A stretch of 64,000 nt of DNA from Chrysomallon squamiferum (lineage: Eukaryota; Animalia; Mollusca), in contig CM022678.1 in the NCBI GenBank assembly GCA_012295275.1, forward strand, positions 20,147,144-20,211,143, given 5' to 3'. The notes under the pieces were generated by a model, which was not told the origin of the DNA, ran no database searches, and was given only the letters and a program-made list of their open reading frames with translations. The position numbers were made by a program, and so were the translations under genes. Of the stretch, positions 26,777-39,614 are shown piece after piece; positions within the stretch are counted from its first letter, which is position 1, and the number at the start of each line of letters is the position of its first letter.

Positions 26777-28915
26777 CTGAAACAAGAACCAGAAACATTT
26801 CTTTACATTCAGTTTAATAATCAAACTTTTTATAGTACTGTACCTGAAACAAGAACCAGAAACATTTCTTTACATTCAGTTTAATAATCAAACTTTTTTT
26901 TATAGTACTGTACCTGAAACAAGAACCAGAAACATTTCTTTACATTCAGTTTAATAATCAAACTTTTTATAGTACTGTACCTGAAACAAGAACCAGAAAC
27001 ATTTCTTTACATTCAGTTTAATAATCAAACTTTTTATAGTACTGTACCTGAAACAAGAACCAGAAACATTTCTTTACATTCAGTTTAATAATCAAACTTT
27101 TTATAGTACTGTACCTGAAACAAGAACCAGAAACATTTCTTTACATTCAGTTTAATAATCAAATAATACTGTACCTGAAACAAGAACCAGAAACATTTCT
27201 TTACATTCAGTTTAATAATCAAACTTTTTATAATACTGTACCTGAAACAAGAACCAGAAACATTTCTTTACATTCAGTTTAATAATCAAACTTTTTATAA
27301 TACTGTACCTGAAACAAGAACCAGAAACATTTCTTTACATTCAGTTTAATAATCAAACTTTTTATAGTACTGTACCTGAAAAACAGACACCAAAAACATT
27401 TCTTTACATTAACTTTAATAATCAAACATTTTATAGTACTGTACCTGAAAAAACAGACATCAAAAACATTTCTTTACATTCAGTTTAATAATCAAACTTT
27501 TTATAGTACTGTACCTGAAACAAGAACCAGAAACATTTCTTTACATTCAGTTTAATAATCAAACTTTTTATAGTACTGTACCTGAAACAAGAACCAGAAA
27601 CATTTCTTTACATTCAGTTTAATAATCAAACTTTTTATAGTACTGTACCTGAAACAAGAACCAGAAACATTTCTTTACATTCAGTTTAATAATCAAACTT
27701 TTTATAGTACTGTACCTGAAACAAGAACCAGAAACATTTCTTTACATTCAGTTTAATAATCAAACTTTTTATAGTACTGTACCTGAAACAAGAACCAGAA
27801 ACATTTCTTTACATTCAGTTTAATAATCAAACTTTTTTTTTATAGTACTGTACCTGAAACAAGAACCAGAAACATTTCTTTACATTCAGTTTAATAATCA
27901 AACTTTTTATAGTACTGTACCTGAAACAAGAACCAGAAACATTTCTTTACATTCAGTTTAATAATCAAACTTTTTATAGTACTGTACCTGAAACAAGAAC
28001 CAGAAACATTTCTTTACATTCAGTTTAATAATCAAACTTTTTTATAGTAACCTGAAACAAGAACCAGAAACATTTCTTTACATTCAGTTTAATAATCAAA
28101 CTTTTTATAATACTGTACCTGAAACAAGAACCAGAAACATTTCTTTACATTCAGTTTAATAATCAAACTTTTTATAATACTGTACCTGAAACAAGAACCA
28201 GAAACATTTCTTTACATTCAGTTTAATAATCAAACTTTTTTATAATACTGTACCTGAAACAAGAACCAGAAACATTTCTTTACATTCAGTTTAATAATCA
28301 AACTTTTTATAATACTGTACCTGAAACAAGAACCAGAAACATTTCTTTACATTCAGTTTAATAATCAAACTTTTTATAATACTGTACCTGAAAAACAGAC
28401 ACCAAAAACATTTCTTTACATTCAGTTTAATAATCAAACATTTTATAGTACTGTACCTGAAACAAGAACCAGAAACATTTCTTTACATTCAGTTTAATAA
28501 TCAAACATTTTATAGTACTGTACCTGAAACAAGAACCAGAAACATTTCTTTACATTCAGTTTAATAATCAAACATTTTATAGTACTGTACCTGAAACAAG
28601 AACCAGAAACATTTCTTTACATTCAGTTTAATAATCAAACTTTTTATAATACTGTACCTGAAACAAGAACCAGAAACATTTCTTTACATTCAGTTTAATA
28701 ATCAAACTTTTTATAATACTGTACCTGAAAAACAGACACCAAAAACATTTCTTTACATTAACTTTAATAATCAAACATTTTATAGTACTGTACCTGAAAA
28801 ACAGACATCAAAAACATTTCTTTACATTAACTTTAATAATCAAATATTTTATAGTACTGTACCTGAAAAAACAGACATCAAAAACATTTCTTTACATTAA
28901 GTTTAATAATCAAAC
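26761..28915 (-). repeat. 67-bp tandem array, about 32 copies, each containing the exon-3 acceptor and the first ~16 exon nt
   Basis: plus-strand unit tagtactgtacctgaaacaagaaccagaaacatttctttacattcagtttaataatcaaacttttta; period 67 (26776 to 26843). Confidence 0.95.
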
Positions 28916-29247
28916 TATCTGATTACTTTTGCATAATTAATTTATTTGATCAATTATTAAAGTGAACTCTATATACTTCAAAGATTTATTTGTTTTATTA
29001 TGTGATCAATTTTTTTATTTGTGTCAGTGTATCACAATAACAGAGCACTGTGCCATAATCTGTTAAGTTGTTAATAATAATAATAATAATAATAAATATA
29101 AAAATTAAAATTATTAAAAATAATGAACAACACACACTGATAAAGAAGAAGTACTTATTAAAGATAACTCAACATACACATGTATCCAAAAAAAAAAAAA
29201 TAATAATAATAAAAAAATAAAAATTAGATTTAGATATTAAAACTTAC

Positions 29248-29404
29248 AGAAAAAAATACATGCCCCATGAAATGCCTGCCCCCCACACATTGGGTGTGAC
29301 TCCTTGGTAGAGACCAACGAAGCCATCACTTTTGGCAATGCTTGTTAAAGCATGAATAAGTCCTTTGTACTGAGGTCGTTTGGTAATTCCAATCCCTTCA
29401 TTCA
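29248..29404 (-). CDS. SLC25A32: SLC25A32 exon 2 ([20 protein letters not shown]…[22 protein letters not shown])
   Basis: tttcAG…CT|GTAAG. Confidence 0.95.
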
Positions 29405-31298
29405 CTGAAAAACAGAAGAGTTCACAGATATCATCAAGTTCAATGATCAAAATTCAGTCTGTGAAAAAAATAACTGTCTAATCAACCATTATAATCAGTT
29501 CACAGAAAAAGTTAGTCCACTCCTGCTTATTATCATCTAATTCAAACTAATTATCATAATGAATTCACACAAAGTTTTACAGTCAGTTCGCACAAATTAT
29601 CATAATCAACTCACACAAAGCATCAGAGTCAATTTACAACAGTTAGGAGTCAGGTCACACAAATCAGAAAAGTGACTACAGCTGGCTATCAAATAACATC
29701 ACAGTCAGTTCACACCTATCAGTTTACACTGAACATTGCAGTTAGATCATACCAATCACAAACATCATTAATGCTGACTTTAATAAACCACATCTGTCAA
29801 GTTACCTAAACCATGAGTTAATTCTAACAAATATTTAGGTTCTCTGGTTGTAGTGCAGCGTAAAATCTTCATATTCAAGTAACGTAAACCTCACTTCAGT
29901 TGTTTGTGGTTAAGGTAAATTTTGTTACAAAAACCATCATTGTGCTGCAGCAGAAGGTTTCCCTGCTTTTTGTGACGTGTTTTTGCATTCCTTGAAGACA
30001 GGGTTTCCTTATTCTCCTTTCTTTTTCATCATTATTTATACATATTTTCAAAAACAAGTAATATCATAATAGAGTATACATATTCAGCTTCATCATAATT
30101 TTTTTTGATTTTCTTTGATCAATGGAGAACATCAGTCATGTGACTAAGCTAAACTTGCTTGGGACTTGATATCACGAGCAAGCTCAAATTATGCATTTCT
30201 CTCATTATCTGCCAAATTTCATACATTTGTACCGAATGTGGGGTGTTTTCTGCAACTGACATGGCCAAAGTGATTGCTGTTGTTGCCAATGTTTAAAAAG
30301 TTTGATTTAGTAATTATGTAGCATAATATTCCAGTTTTAGTTAAAACTTTCTTTCTGATAAAGATGCTGATGACAAAGACAGTTCTTAGCTAGTTATATT
30401 TTTATGAATTTTTTTTGGTATCTACATAATGAAGGCTTAAGGCAAATGTTTGCTAATTAATGTTCAACTGAAAATGAGCAACATCCCTGAAAATGTAAAG
30501 GCCTCTACAACTCACTAGTCTTATAAAATGATGTTTTTATGTACTGGTTTAATTTCTGTGGAGTTTTTGAGAACTGCCTAATTAAAATGCAAGGTACATT
30601 TCAGCTAATTAGTGCAAATTCAAATGATTAACTAATTAATTAAAATTCATGAATGTTTGCAACATGTAAAAATACTGTATGGCACTAGAACTCATCTAAA
30701 GCTTTTTTTTATTATATATGTATTGGTTTGAATCTATATGAGATATTCAGAGTTTATGTTGCCACATGAACGAATCACAGTTTCTCCATAGATTCTGATG
30801 GAAAAATACCAGCACATTTTATTCAGATAAAAAATTGTATATTTTTTCATGCCAGTGATATCAAAGATACCTTGGTGTCATTTTAATCTGCTATTTTTTG
30901 CTCTTTCTGATATATAATTTTACAGGAAAATAATAACTCTGAAAAGTTCACACACCTAGCTAAAGCAACAGTAAAATAATAAAAATAAGTAATGATATAA
31001 TCGTTTCAAAATATGCTCTCTTCTCTTAACATCCAGTGATCCACATTAAACTTAATATTTAAGTTGTAAGATTCGCTTGTTTGTGGAACCAGAAAATGAA
31101 TAAATAAAGAAATAAAAATAAAAATGATGCAAGAATGAAGAAATTAAAATTTGTTTCGACACCTGGACGATTCAACTGAAGATGAAGACTGAATCCTGTT
31201 ACTTACTGTTAGTAAGTGTTACTTTATTAGTATTACATTACCTATACACGATACAGATAAAATATTAATGGCGAAAAGAGAAAATAACCTATAATTAC

Positions 31299-31455
31299 CT
31301 TGAAATCTAATTTTAACTAAATCCAGAGGATGGAGAATAAGCGTCGATACCACTCCTCCACTAATTCCGGCTAGAAGATGTTCCCATTTTATAGAACGCA
31401 ATAGCCCGTCCTTCACTGAAAGACCAGGTTTCTTTTTAATTGTGGAAGAATCCAT
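31299..31455 (-). CDS. SLC25A32: SLC25A32 exon 1 (MDSSTIKKK…[28 protein letters not shown])
   Basis: ATG at 31455, G|GTAAT donor. Confidence 0.93.
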
Positions 31456-31807
31456 TGTTGTACTGCTAGTATGTTTGTAGTCGTCAACTTATTAAACCAA
31501 ATAATCGTCTATTTGACAAAATATCTCTCATTTCAGTCATTTCTGGCAGAAAACCGCTAGGCGCTCGTAACCTATGAACACCTGACTACAGAAGGCACCA
31601 TATTGAAAAGGACTGATTATGCGATAACTGAATAAATCGTACATTAATCGAATTTTTGATATAATCGAATCAAACAACACAGTAAACCATATGAAATATT
31701 TTAGACATAAAACACACATTTTAGAAATAGTATCTCTTTACTTATTTTAGTATTTATAATTATTATATTTATCGGATGGTTGATATCCTTTAGCAGTATC
31801 AGCTGAC

Positions 31808-31845
31808 ATGACGGATGTTTTGAGAGACACAAATTATGGAACACC
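31808..31845 (+). CDS. ATP6V1H: Candidate first coding exon of ATP6V1H (MTDVLRDTNYGT…)
   Basis: ATG in gacATG context followed by GTACAG; the phase is off by 1 nt from the next exon, so this is uncertain. Confidence 0.35.
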
Positions 31846-32065
31846 GTACAGGCCTACTTTTATCATTATTATAATTTTATTAACAATAATCATAATTATA
31901 AGCTAAACATACTCTTATCTCGTTTTAAATTAGTAGAAAAATATAAAACACAATTTAAAAATAATACCTAAGGAAAGAAATGCATTCTCTGCTGACTAAA
32001 TATAACTTGCAAGTTGAAGTTACAGTTACGTCATTTCAAGAGAATCTGCAGAATATTTCATTTTA

Positions 32066-32113
<48 letters not shown>

Positions 32114-32712
32114 TTATATTATACTGATGTAGGGATTATTTATGTTGGGGGGTGATGATGAATGTTATTGACTTTTGCATTCGGCGTTTTGTTGGAATTG
32201 AAAGGGCAACGCTATAGAATTTTACCAATTTCTGAACATTTAAGGCCAGTTCAGGACTTGTGAAGTTCTGTCTAACAATTAGATGCCACCTAATACAACA
32301 AAAATATATTTGGGTAGTATGCTACCGTGTATACCTGTGTTTGTATAATAATAATAAAATTTCAAACATAAATGGGGAAGCAAATAAAAATAACAATAAC
32401 AACAAAAATGAAAAAAAGAAAAAGAAAAGGAAAAAACAGAAATAGTATATATCTGTCTCTTTAACATTTTGTTCAGTTTTATACTTCAGCCAGAATGCAA
32501 AGTGGATAATTTATTTCTTTATTATTTATTATTATTATTATTATTATACGTATATTTCACTTACTTACTGTTCTTCCGATTGTAATTATAGCAGTAGCAT
32601 TAATACTGATAATGGTAGATAAATATCATCACCATAATACTTTTGACACAAGCAATCCTTGGGTAAGTAATCCGAAAACGGGACGATCTTATAACCGTTT
32701 TCAACTCAAGAT

Positions 32713-32722
32713 GTCACATGAC
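32713..32722. promoter_or_regulatory. CLEAR/M-box-like E-box GTCACATGAC next to CCGGAA
   Basis: one mismatch to the MiT/TFE site GTCACGTGAC, at the 5' end of a V-ATPase subunit gene. Confidence 0.45.
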
Positions 32723-33494
32723 CCGGAATCAGAAGTGCTAAAATATGATACTTCTATATGCTTAATGTAAAGGTGTATTATAGGAGACTGTATACAATTT
32801 TGTTTTTAATATGACGAGCATTGAGAGGCTTGGTTCAGTAATATCAAATGCTGATGATTTGCAGAAAGGTAATACGTTGGTAGTTGCATGCTGTGCCGAC
32901 AGCTTATAAGGCAATACAATTGAATAAACATTTGTAGACGGCTAAGACGTAATTTATTAAAGTTCACTAGTGGTACATCATGCCTTTCATCACGCGCATA
33001 TCTGTTTGTTTTGAATAACATAATGACGAATATACAACAAAAGAGTAAAGTTTAAAGGACATATTCATTATAATATTAGTAATAAAAATTATAAAATATT
33101 TAGAAATAATGATAAACAATTGAAAACAAAAATGTCACAGGTCGATTCCTTCTCGGCACATGCTTTGAGCCATTTTCTGATCGGATGATCCTTCCTGTGC
33201 CTTCAAATAATGATAACAGAATTAAGTAGTTAAACCCCACAAATATTGAATAACTAAAATATGATCAAACCCACACCCCCAAAAAAAACCCCCAACAAAT
33301 AACTAAACAGACAAAATAAAATTAATAATAATAATAATAAAATTTTTAATTTAAAACAAAAATGGAATGAAACCCCCCAAAAATGAGAAAAAAGAAATAT
33401 TATATATTTGTCTCTTTAACGTTTTGTTCAGTTTTATACTTCAGCAAGGATTATTTCTTTATTATTATTATTATTATTATTTTATATTTTCCAG

Positions 33495-33576
33495 GAGCTC
33501 AGGTTGCTACAAGTTTGTTGCAGGAACGGGCAAACGATGTCCGAGCCAACAGAGTCAACTGGCAGTCATATCTGCA
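33495..33576 (+). CDS. ATP6V1H: ATP6V1H exon (AQVATSLLQERANDVRANRVNWQSYL)
   Basis: ccAG…CA|GTGAG. Confidence 0.9.
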
Positions 33577-33928
33577 GTGAGTTAGAATAGTGTTATAATG
33601 ATATACAGAAATATTGCCTTAGAATTAAAATACAGTCTTTTCACATTATGATTAACACCACTTTTGTCAAAATGACTAAATATCCAATAGCTGATGATAA
33701 AATATTAAACATATTTGATATCACTGAACACAATAATCTTTGAAATTTGCATAAATGAACTTTTATATACATATCTGGTGGTTGTAATGTCCAAATTCCT
33801 AGTTATCAAGGTCATTTGTGTGGACAAAAAAAAGTGGCTACACTAACATAAGGAAAATACTGGAATTAATATTTTTGTTAAGACTTTTCCATGAACAAAA
33901 TGAAACTTATAATTTAATATGTTTGCAG

Positions 33929-34028
33929 GGGACAGATGATAAACCAGGAAGTGTTTGAGTTCATTTCCAAGTTTGACAGCGGGAATGCTGATGTTCGCAC
34001 AGCCATGTTGAAGAATAACCCCAACCAG
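33929..34028 (+). CDS. ATP6V1H: ATP6V1H exon (GQMINQEVFEFISKFD…KNNPNQ)
   Basis: tgcAG…CAG|GTAAT. Confidence 0.92.
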
Positions 34029-34904
34029 GTAATACTATGTGAAACTTGTATTGTGTTTTTAATGTTTCTCTGTGTGTGTTTGTGTGTTTGTGACTATGAA
34101 TTTATGTGTACATATTTTGAGTGTATACAAGTCTATCTGTGTGTGTGCATTATCCTGAGTCTGTATGTCTGTGTATGTGTGTTACAGAAAAGATGGATTA
34201 TCAGGAAATAGGTATAATTCCTGAAAATTTCAGAAAAATGTATGTCATCAGTGAAAATAATGTGGTTTGAGTTTGTGATGGTCCGTGGAAAACCTACACA
34301 TCCACAGAGCCATGGGTCCAGTATAAAGACTTTGACATTAAGTACAGCTTATTTGTTTGTTAGCAGACAACAACAGAACTGAATGGTTTGTTTGTTAGCA
34401 GACAACAACAGAACTGAATGGTCTGTTGGATTCAAACAGCTACAGAACTGAATGGTCTGTTGGATTCAAATTTGTTCAGTTTCAGAAGAACGTCAGTCTT
34501 CACAGTGGAATTAAGGGTTCCCCATTTGCAGCACTGTTGTGTTCTGATGCTTGCATTGGCCTGTCATCTTCTAGAAATTCTCTTGAAATTCTCTACATTG
34601 ATTTCAGTGAGAGAATGATCTACTTACAGCAACTCCATTACCACTTTCCTGAGTGAATCGGGCATTATACATATTTCCTGTAATATATATATATATTATG
34701 GATATTTATGGGTGGGTTATGTGTATGAATATTTGAACATATTTGGTGCATAAATGTGAATCTGCATGTATCTGTGTGTGTGTGTGTGTGTGTGTGTGTC
34801 AGGTGTGTGAGTGCATGCTGTTTTGTTTTGTTTGCCTCTTTTTCTGTCTTAACAGACCTGAACAAAAATGTCGATCTGTCATTTCTTTTATTAATTTATT
34901 TCAG

Positions 34905-34994
34905 TTTGCTGGCACGTTCTTCACCCTGATTGGTCAGATTGCTAAAGATCAAACCCTGCAGTACATTCTTACCATGCTGGATGACGCTCTGCAG
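34905..34994 (+). CDS. ATP6V1H: ATP6V1H exon (FAGTFFTLIGQIAKDQTLQYILTMLDDALQ)
   Basis: ttcAG…GTAAA, 90 nt. Confidence 0.93.
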
Positions 34995-35221
34995 GTAAAT
35001 TGTCACAGACTGCTTTTCCACACATCACAGTTCCACACATCACAGTTCCACACTGACAGTAACAGATATCAGAAGAAAGAGAGATAGTAATGACTGTTGT
35101 GTCATAATTAGTCTGAAGATTCTCACTCAGTTATTTTTTTTTTTTTTTTTTATTTCTCTTGTAAGAATTTCTTTAATGATTTGTTGCTCTTTATGTTACA
35201 TTTATGTGAAATTGCTTGCAG

Positions 35222-35335
35222 GAAGACAAGACGAGGGTGGAGATTTTCAAGGACTTTGCTAAGAAACGCAAAGATTCTGTGTATGCCCCGTTTTTCCACT
35301 TGCTGGAGAGAGAGGACAAGTTTATTGTGTACCAG
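35222..35335 (+). CDS. ATP6V1H: ATP6V1H exon (EDKTRVEIFKDFAKKR…EDKFIVYQ)
   Basis: tgcAG…GTTAG, 114 nt. Confidence 0.93.
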
Positions 35336-35986
35336 GTTAGATTTGTGTTGGCTTGGAAGATATTTAACTTTTTATTTATTTATTTATTTAATGTGTAGGT
35401 GGGTAACATCATGTACCAAAAAAATTCTGTTTCATCTGATATTATTATTATTATTATTATTATTATTTTAAATAAAAATTTAAAAAAGTTTATTATATTA
35501 CATCTGTGGGAAATATCTGTAAGGTTGGATAAATTCCTTATCTCACTCATGTTATAAATCACTGGTCATGAATTTTTTGCGTACTTGCGTGAATGCTTGC
35601 ATGTCTGTATGTGTTATATGTGTGTGATCCTCATCACTGCTGTTTAAAATCTGTGTCAATAAATGGTATAGAAACATGCAAGATTCATAATTATTTATTA
35701 CGTAAAAATATACTACTCAGTCTTTGATGACGTTTTAAAATGTCTAAACAAAATTAAAAAATATAAACTAGTTATTATTACTTGTCTTCATACAGTATAT
35801 TATTAGCAAAGTTTTATTCTCTGTAAGAAGCAAAGAAATAATTTGGAAGTAAACGAAACCTTCGCCAGAGAGAATAGATCTAACACAGTAAATAAAAAAA
35901 ATGAAATTAGATGAAATATATTGTTGTTTGATTTGTCCTTGCACTGCAAAGATAAATAATTTTTTGTTGTTGTTTGTGTTTTGCAG

Positions 35987-36091
35987 TCGAGTCAGATAAT
36001 TAGTAAAATAGCCTGCTGGAGTAAAGAACCAATGGACAGAAAAAATCTTCACTTCTATCTCAACTGGTTGAAAGATCAGCTCAAACAACCC
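35987..36091 (+). CDS. ATP6V1H: ATP6V1H exon ([16 protein letters not shown]…[12 protein letters not shown])
   Basis: tgcAG…GTATG, 105 nt. Confidence 0.93.
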
Positions 36092-36289
36092 GTATGTTGT
36101 TTTTCTTACTTTTTTTAATAACATTTTTTTTTTTTTTTTCTTTTTTCTTTTTTTTTCTTTCTCATTATTCAGATTTTTCAAGTTAAAGAAAGTTTGGGTA
36201 GTTTTCAAAATTATGAATTTTTTTCATTTAATCTTTTTCAGAGTAATGGATATTGATATATGCTTTGTTTATGAATATTTACATAAACA

Positions 36290-36642
36290 CTTTGTTTCAG
36301 AATAACAAATACTTACATATATTCTGTTTCAAAATGATCTCTTTACATATACTACATTTTAAAATAACAAATATATATATATATGTATATATATATATAC
36401 TTTGTTTCAAAATAACAAACATTTACATGCATTTTTGATTCAGGAGAACAAAAATTTATATACACTCAGAATAATGTATATTTATACATTCTCTGTTTCA
36501 GAATAATGAATATTGACTCATAATTGGTTTCAGAATAATGAATATTTACAAATACTGTGTTTCAGAATAATATATATTTACAAATACTGTGTTTCAGAAT
36601 AATGTGTATTTACATACATTCTGTTTCAGAATAATGAATATC
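36290..36642 (+). repeat. 32-bp tandem repeat containing the acceptor tttcAG|AATAAT
   Basis: AG ends at 36501, 36533, 36565, 36597 and 36629 (true site), with degenerate copies upstream. Confidence 0.88.
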
Positions 36643-36727
36643 TTCAAACTGCTGCTCGCTGTCTTCAGATGATGCTTCGAGTAGAAATGTATCGACTGGC
36701 TTTCATGGAGGTTGAGGGCATTTCTGC
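36630..36727 (+). CDS. ATP6V1H: ATP6V1H exon ([32 protein letters not shown])
   Basis: ttcAG…GTAAG. Confidence 0.93.
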
Positions 36728-37399
36728 GTAAGCTAGTCCTTTGTGGAAAATTTCACCTGTGCTTAGAGAAAATAATTGATTATTATTTTTGTTTTTTAAT
36801 TCGTATTTATAATGTATTGTTAAAGTGCACCTATGGAGTGATGCAGAAATTATCTAAATATCTTCAGCGTCCTTTCAGGTTTTATTTTTGTTTGTTTATC
36901 TCTTAATTAGTAAATAAGTAAACAACAATAGAGTACTGTATTAAAATAGTCTCGGTACTGCTACGATTCTGTAGTCGTGACGTCATTGTGTAGGGATTTG
37001 CAGTTTGTCAGCTTTAAGTTGATACAGCTGTAAGTTTGCCATGTGTGCTGCTGTAATGACAGTTGTAAATGTTTAAAACAGTGGAAAAATATTCTGTAAC
37101 AGTATTGTTTTATTGTCATATTTATCATCATAGATCACCCCAAAAATACCAGTGAAAATAACAACATGGAAGTGTAAAGAATTTCAGGCAACCATTTATT
37201 CGCATTGGCCTCTACAGTCTAATTATGTATATAGGCTTGTTAGTTGGATACGCATTATGTGTGTCTATCCCTTATGCAAATATGTGTGTCTGATTGAGCT
37301 TGCCTGTGTGCATTTGTGGAAACAGACAGCTGAGTATGTGTGTTAAAAGTATTTTATTGAGAAATTGTGGGATGTTTATTTATGTTTAAGCATGAATAA

Positions 37400-37438
<39 letters not shown>

Positions 37439-37539
37439 AAGGAGGAGGGAAGGTGTGTGTGAGAAAGAGAGAGAGAAATGAACAGAAAACTTCAGAAATT
37501 TTAATTCTGTCAAAATGTATAAACTTATTTTTACTGCAG

Positions 37540-37650
37540 AATTGTGTCCGTGTTGGCAGGAAGTAAAGTTGGTTTTCAGATTCAGTATCAGCTGACTTTC
37601 TGTCTCTGGTGTCTTTCTTTCAACAGTGTCCTTGCAGAGAAAGTAAACAA
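37540..37650 (+). CDS. ATP6V1H: ATP6V1H exon ([36 protein letters not shown])
   Basis: tgcAG…GTAAG. Confidence 0.93.
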
Positions 37651-37808
37651 GTAAGTGAAACTGATAAGTACAGTGCACTGAACTGGGCATTAACAAGTAA
37701 GTCTAACTGATAAGTACAGTGCACTGAACTGGGCATTAACAAGTAAGTCTAACTGATAAGTACAGTGCACTGAACTGGGCATTAACAAGTAAGTCTAACT
37801 GATAAGTG
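37646..37808 (+). repeat. 46-bp tandem repeat containing the donor AACAA|GTAAGT
   Basis: copies at 37646, 37692, 37738 and 37784; degenerate continuation toward about 38650. Confidence 0.9.
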
Positions 37809-38804
37809 GAAAGTTTTCAGGAGTATGCAAAATTGAACATTAAGTAGTACGTCTAAACCTTTCTGGAATGTGCAAAACTGAATGAATAAGTGAAACTAAT
37901 AAGTTGAAAGTTTTTCATGAGTATTCAGAATAGAGTGTTAAGAAGTATGTCTGAACAGAATGTTAACAAATAAATCAAACTGATAAGTAAAAGCTTTTCT
38001 AAAGCATGCAGAACTGAACATTAACGAACGAAAACATTTCTAGGATATGTGAAACTTGAAGTTGGAAACGTTTCAGGAGTATGCAAGAATTTGGCATTAA
38101 GAAGGATGTTTAAACTTTTTTCTTAAAAAATTTGAATATTAAGAGTTATATCAAAGTGATAGGTCAAGCCTTTTCTGGAATATGCAGAAATGAAATTTGA
38201 ATAAGCAAGTCCAATTTATTTATAACAGAACTAAAGAGAAAATAAGTAGAAGCAATTTACAAATATTTAAGTTGTTAAGCATGTCACGTTTTCTAGTAAC
38301 ATATCAATTGATGTAAAACTGAATAATCAAGTTTAAACCTAGAACAGTGAGAACTGTACAGAGAATGAGTGAGTCTAAACTTATTTAGAAGTTGGCACTG
38401 AGCAAATAAATGAGTCTAAATTTGAGTATAGCAGTAATCAAGGCTCAACAATGAACAAGCAAGTCTAGGATTATTTAGAACAGTCAGCAGTGAGCAGTAA
38501 AATAATTGAGTAAACTCATCAGTTAGCACTGAGCAGTAAAATAAATAAACAAGTCTAAATCTATTTAGAACAGTCCTCAACACTGGAAAGTGAAGTTTAA
38601 ACTTATAAAGAAAGTCATAACTGTACAGAGAATATGAAAGTATAAACATTTAAAACAGCTGAAAATAAACAGCGAGTGATCAGGTGTCAATGTATTTAGG
38701 ATAGAACTGAAGAACAAATAGCCTGTTTAGAACAGAACTGAACAGTGAGTTTTTTCTGTACTTAACTGATGTACATCTGTATTGTTGCTGTGGTTTGTTT
38801 GTAG

Positions 38805-38889
38805 GTACAACATCATTCCCATACTAGCAGATATTCTTAGTGAGTCTGTGAAGGAGAAAGTAACAAGAATTATTCTGGCAACATTCAGG
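38805..38889 (+). CDS. ATP6V1H: ATP6V1H exon ([28 protein letters not shown])
   Basis: tgtAG…GTAAA. Confidence 0.94.
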
Positions 38890-39614
38890 GTAAATTGAAA
38901 TGGCACACCTTTCAAACTATTTTTATATTATTATCATTACTAATACTATTACTATTACTATTACTATTATTAGTATTAGTATTAGTATTAGTATTAGTAT
39001 TAGTATTAGTATTATTATTATTCTTATTCTTATTATTATTCTCTGTTATCCTTCAGTTCTGTATTTTATACACACTTACACAATTCTTTTTTTGCAATAC
39101 ACTGGTTAAATGTGTCATTTTGCAAACCTAAAAGTCACAAGTTAAGCATATAATGTATATATATATATATATATATATGAATATATATATTTATATATAT
39201 ATTTGTCATCCAATATCTATATTTACTCCTGTAGTGTCTTAATTCTGATATAGACCTCAAAAGACCGCTTTGAAAACAGTTTTCAATTAAAAAACAGCAA
39301 AATGAATTGTTATTTAAGGAACGATTTTGTTTTGACATTTGAATCTACTATTTATTTATTTTATTACTTTCTTTTTTTTAACCTGAAAAGACCACTTTGA
39401 AAACAGTTTTCAGTAAAAAGAAAAAACAAATAAACTGTTATTTAAGTTACTATTTCATTTTGATGTTTGAATCTACCATTTATTTATATTATTATAGTTT
39501 TATGGGTTTTTTTTTTTTTCAATTAATTAATTTATTTGCTTATCAAATTTATTTATTATTTATTCTATAAAACGTATTATTTTTTCTATATTTATTTCTT
39601 TGTGTATGTTTTAG

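Larger units (their letters stand above)
17357..31455 (-). other. SLC25A32: Mitochondrial folate/FAD carrier gene, 7 coding exons with two alternative last exons
   Basis: three Px[DE]xx[KR]x[RK]-type carrier repeats ([39 protein letters not shown]); PIW in repeat 2 and [10 protein letters not shown] are typical of SLC25A32. Confidence 0.93.

Noticed and set aside
26761-28915. CRISPR-like regular array
   Set aside because: Head-to-tail units with no unique spacers, no cas genes, inside a eukaryotic intron.
29790-30960. Possible decayed DNA-transposon fragments in SLC25A32 intron 1
   Set aside because: No terminal inverted repeats or target-site duplication could be delimited.
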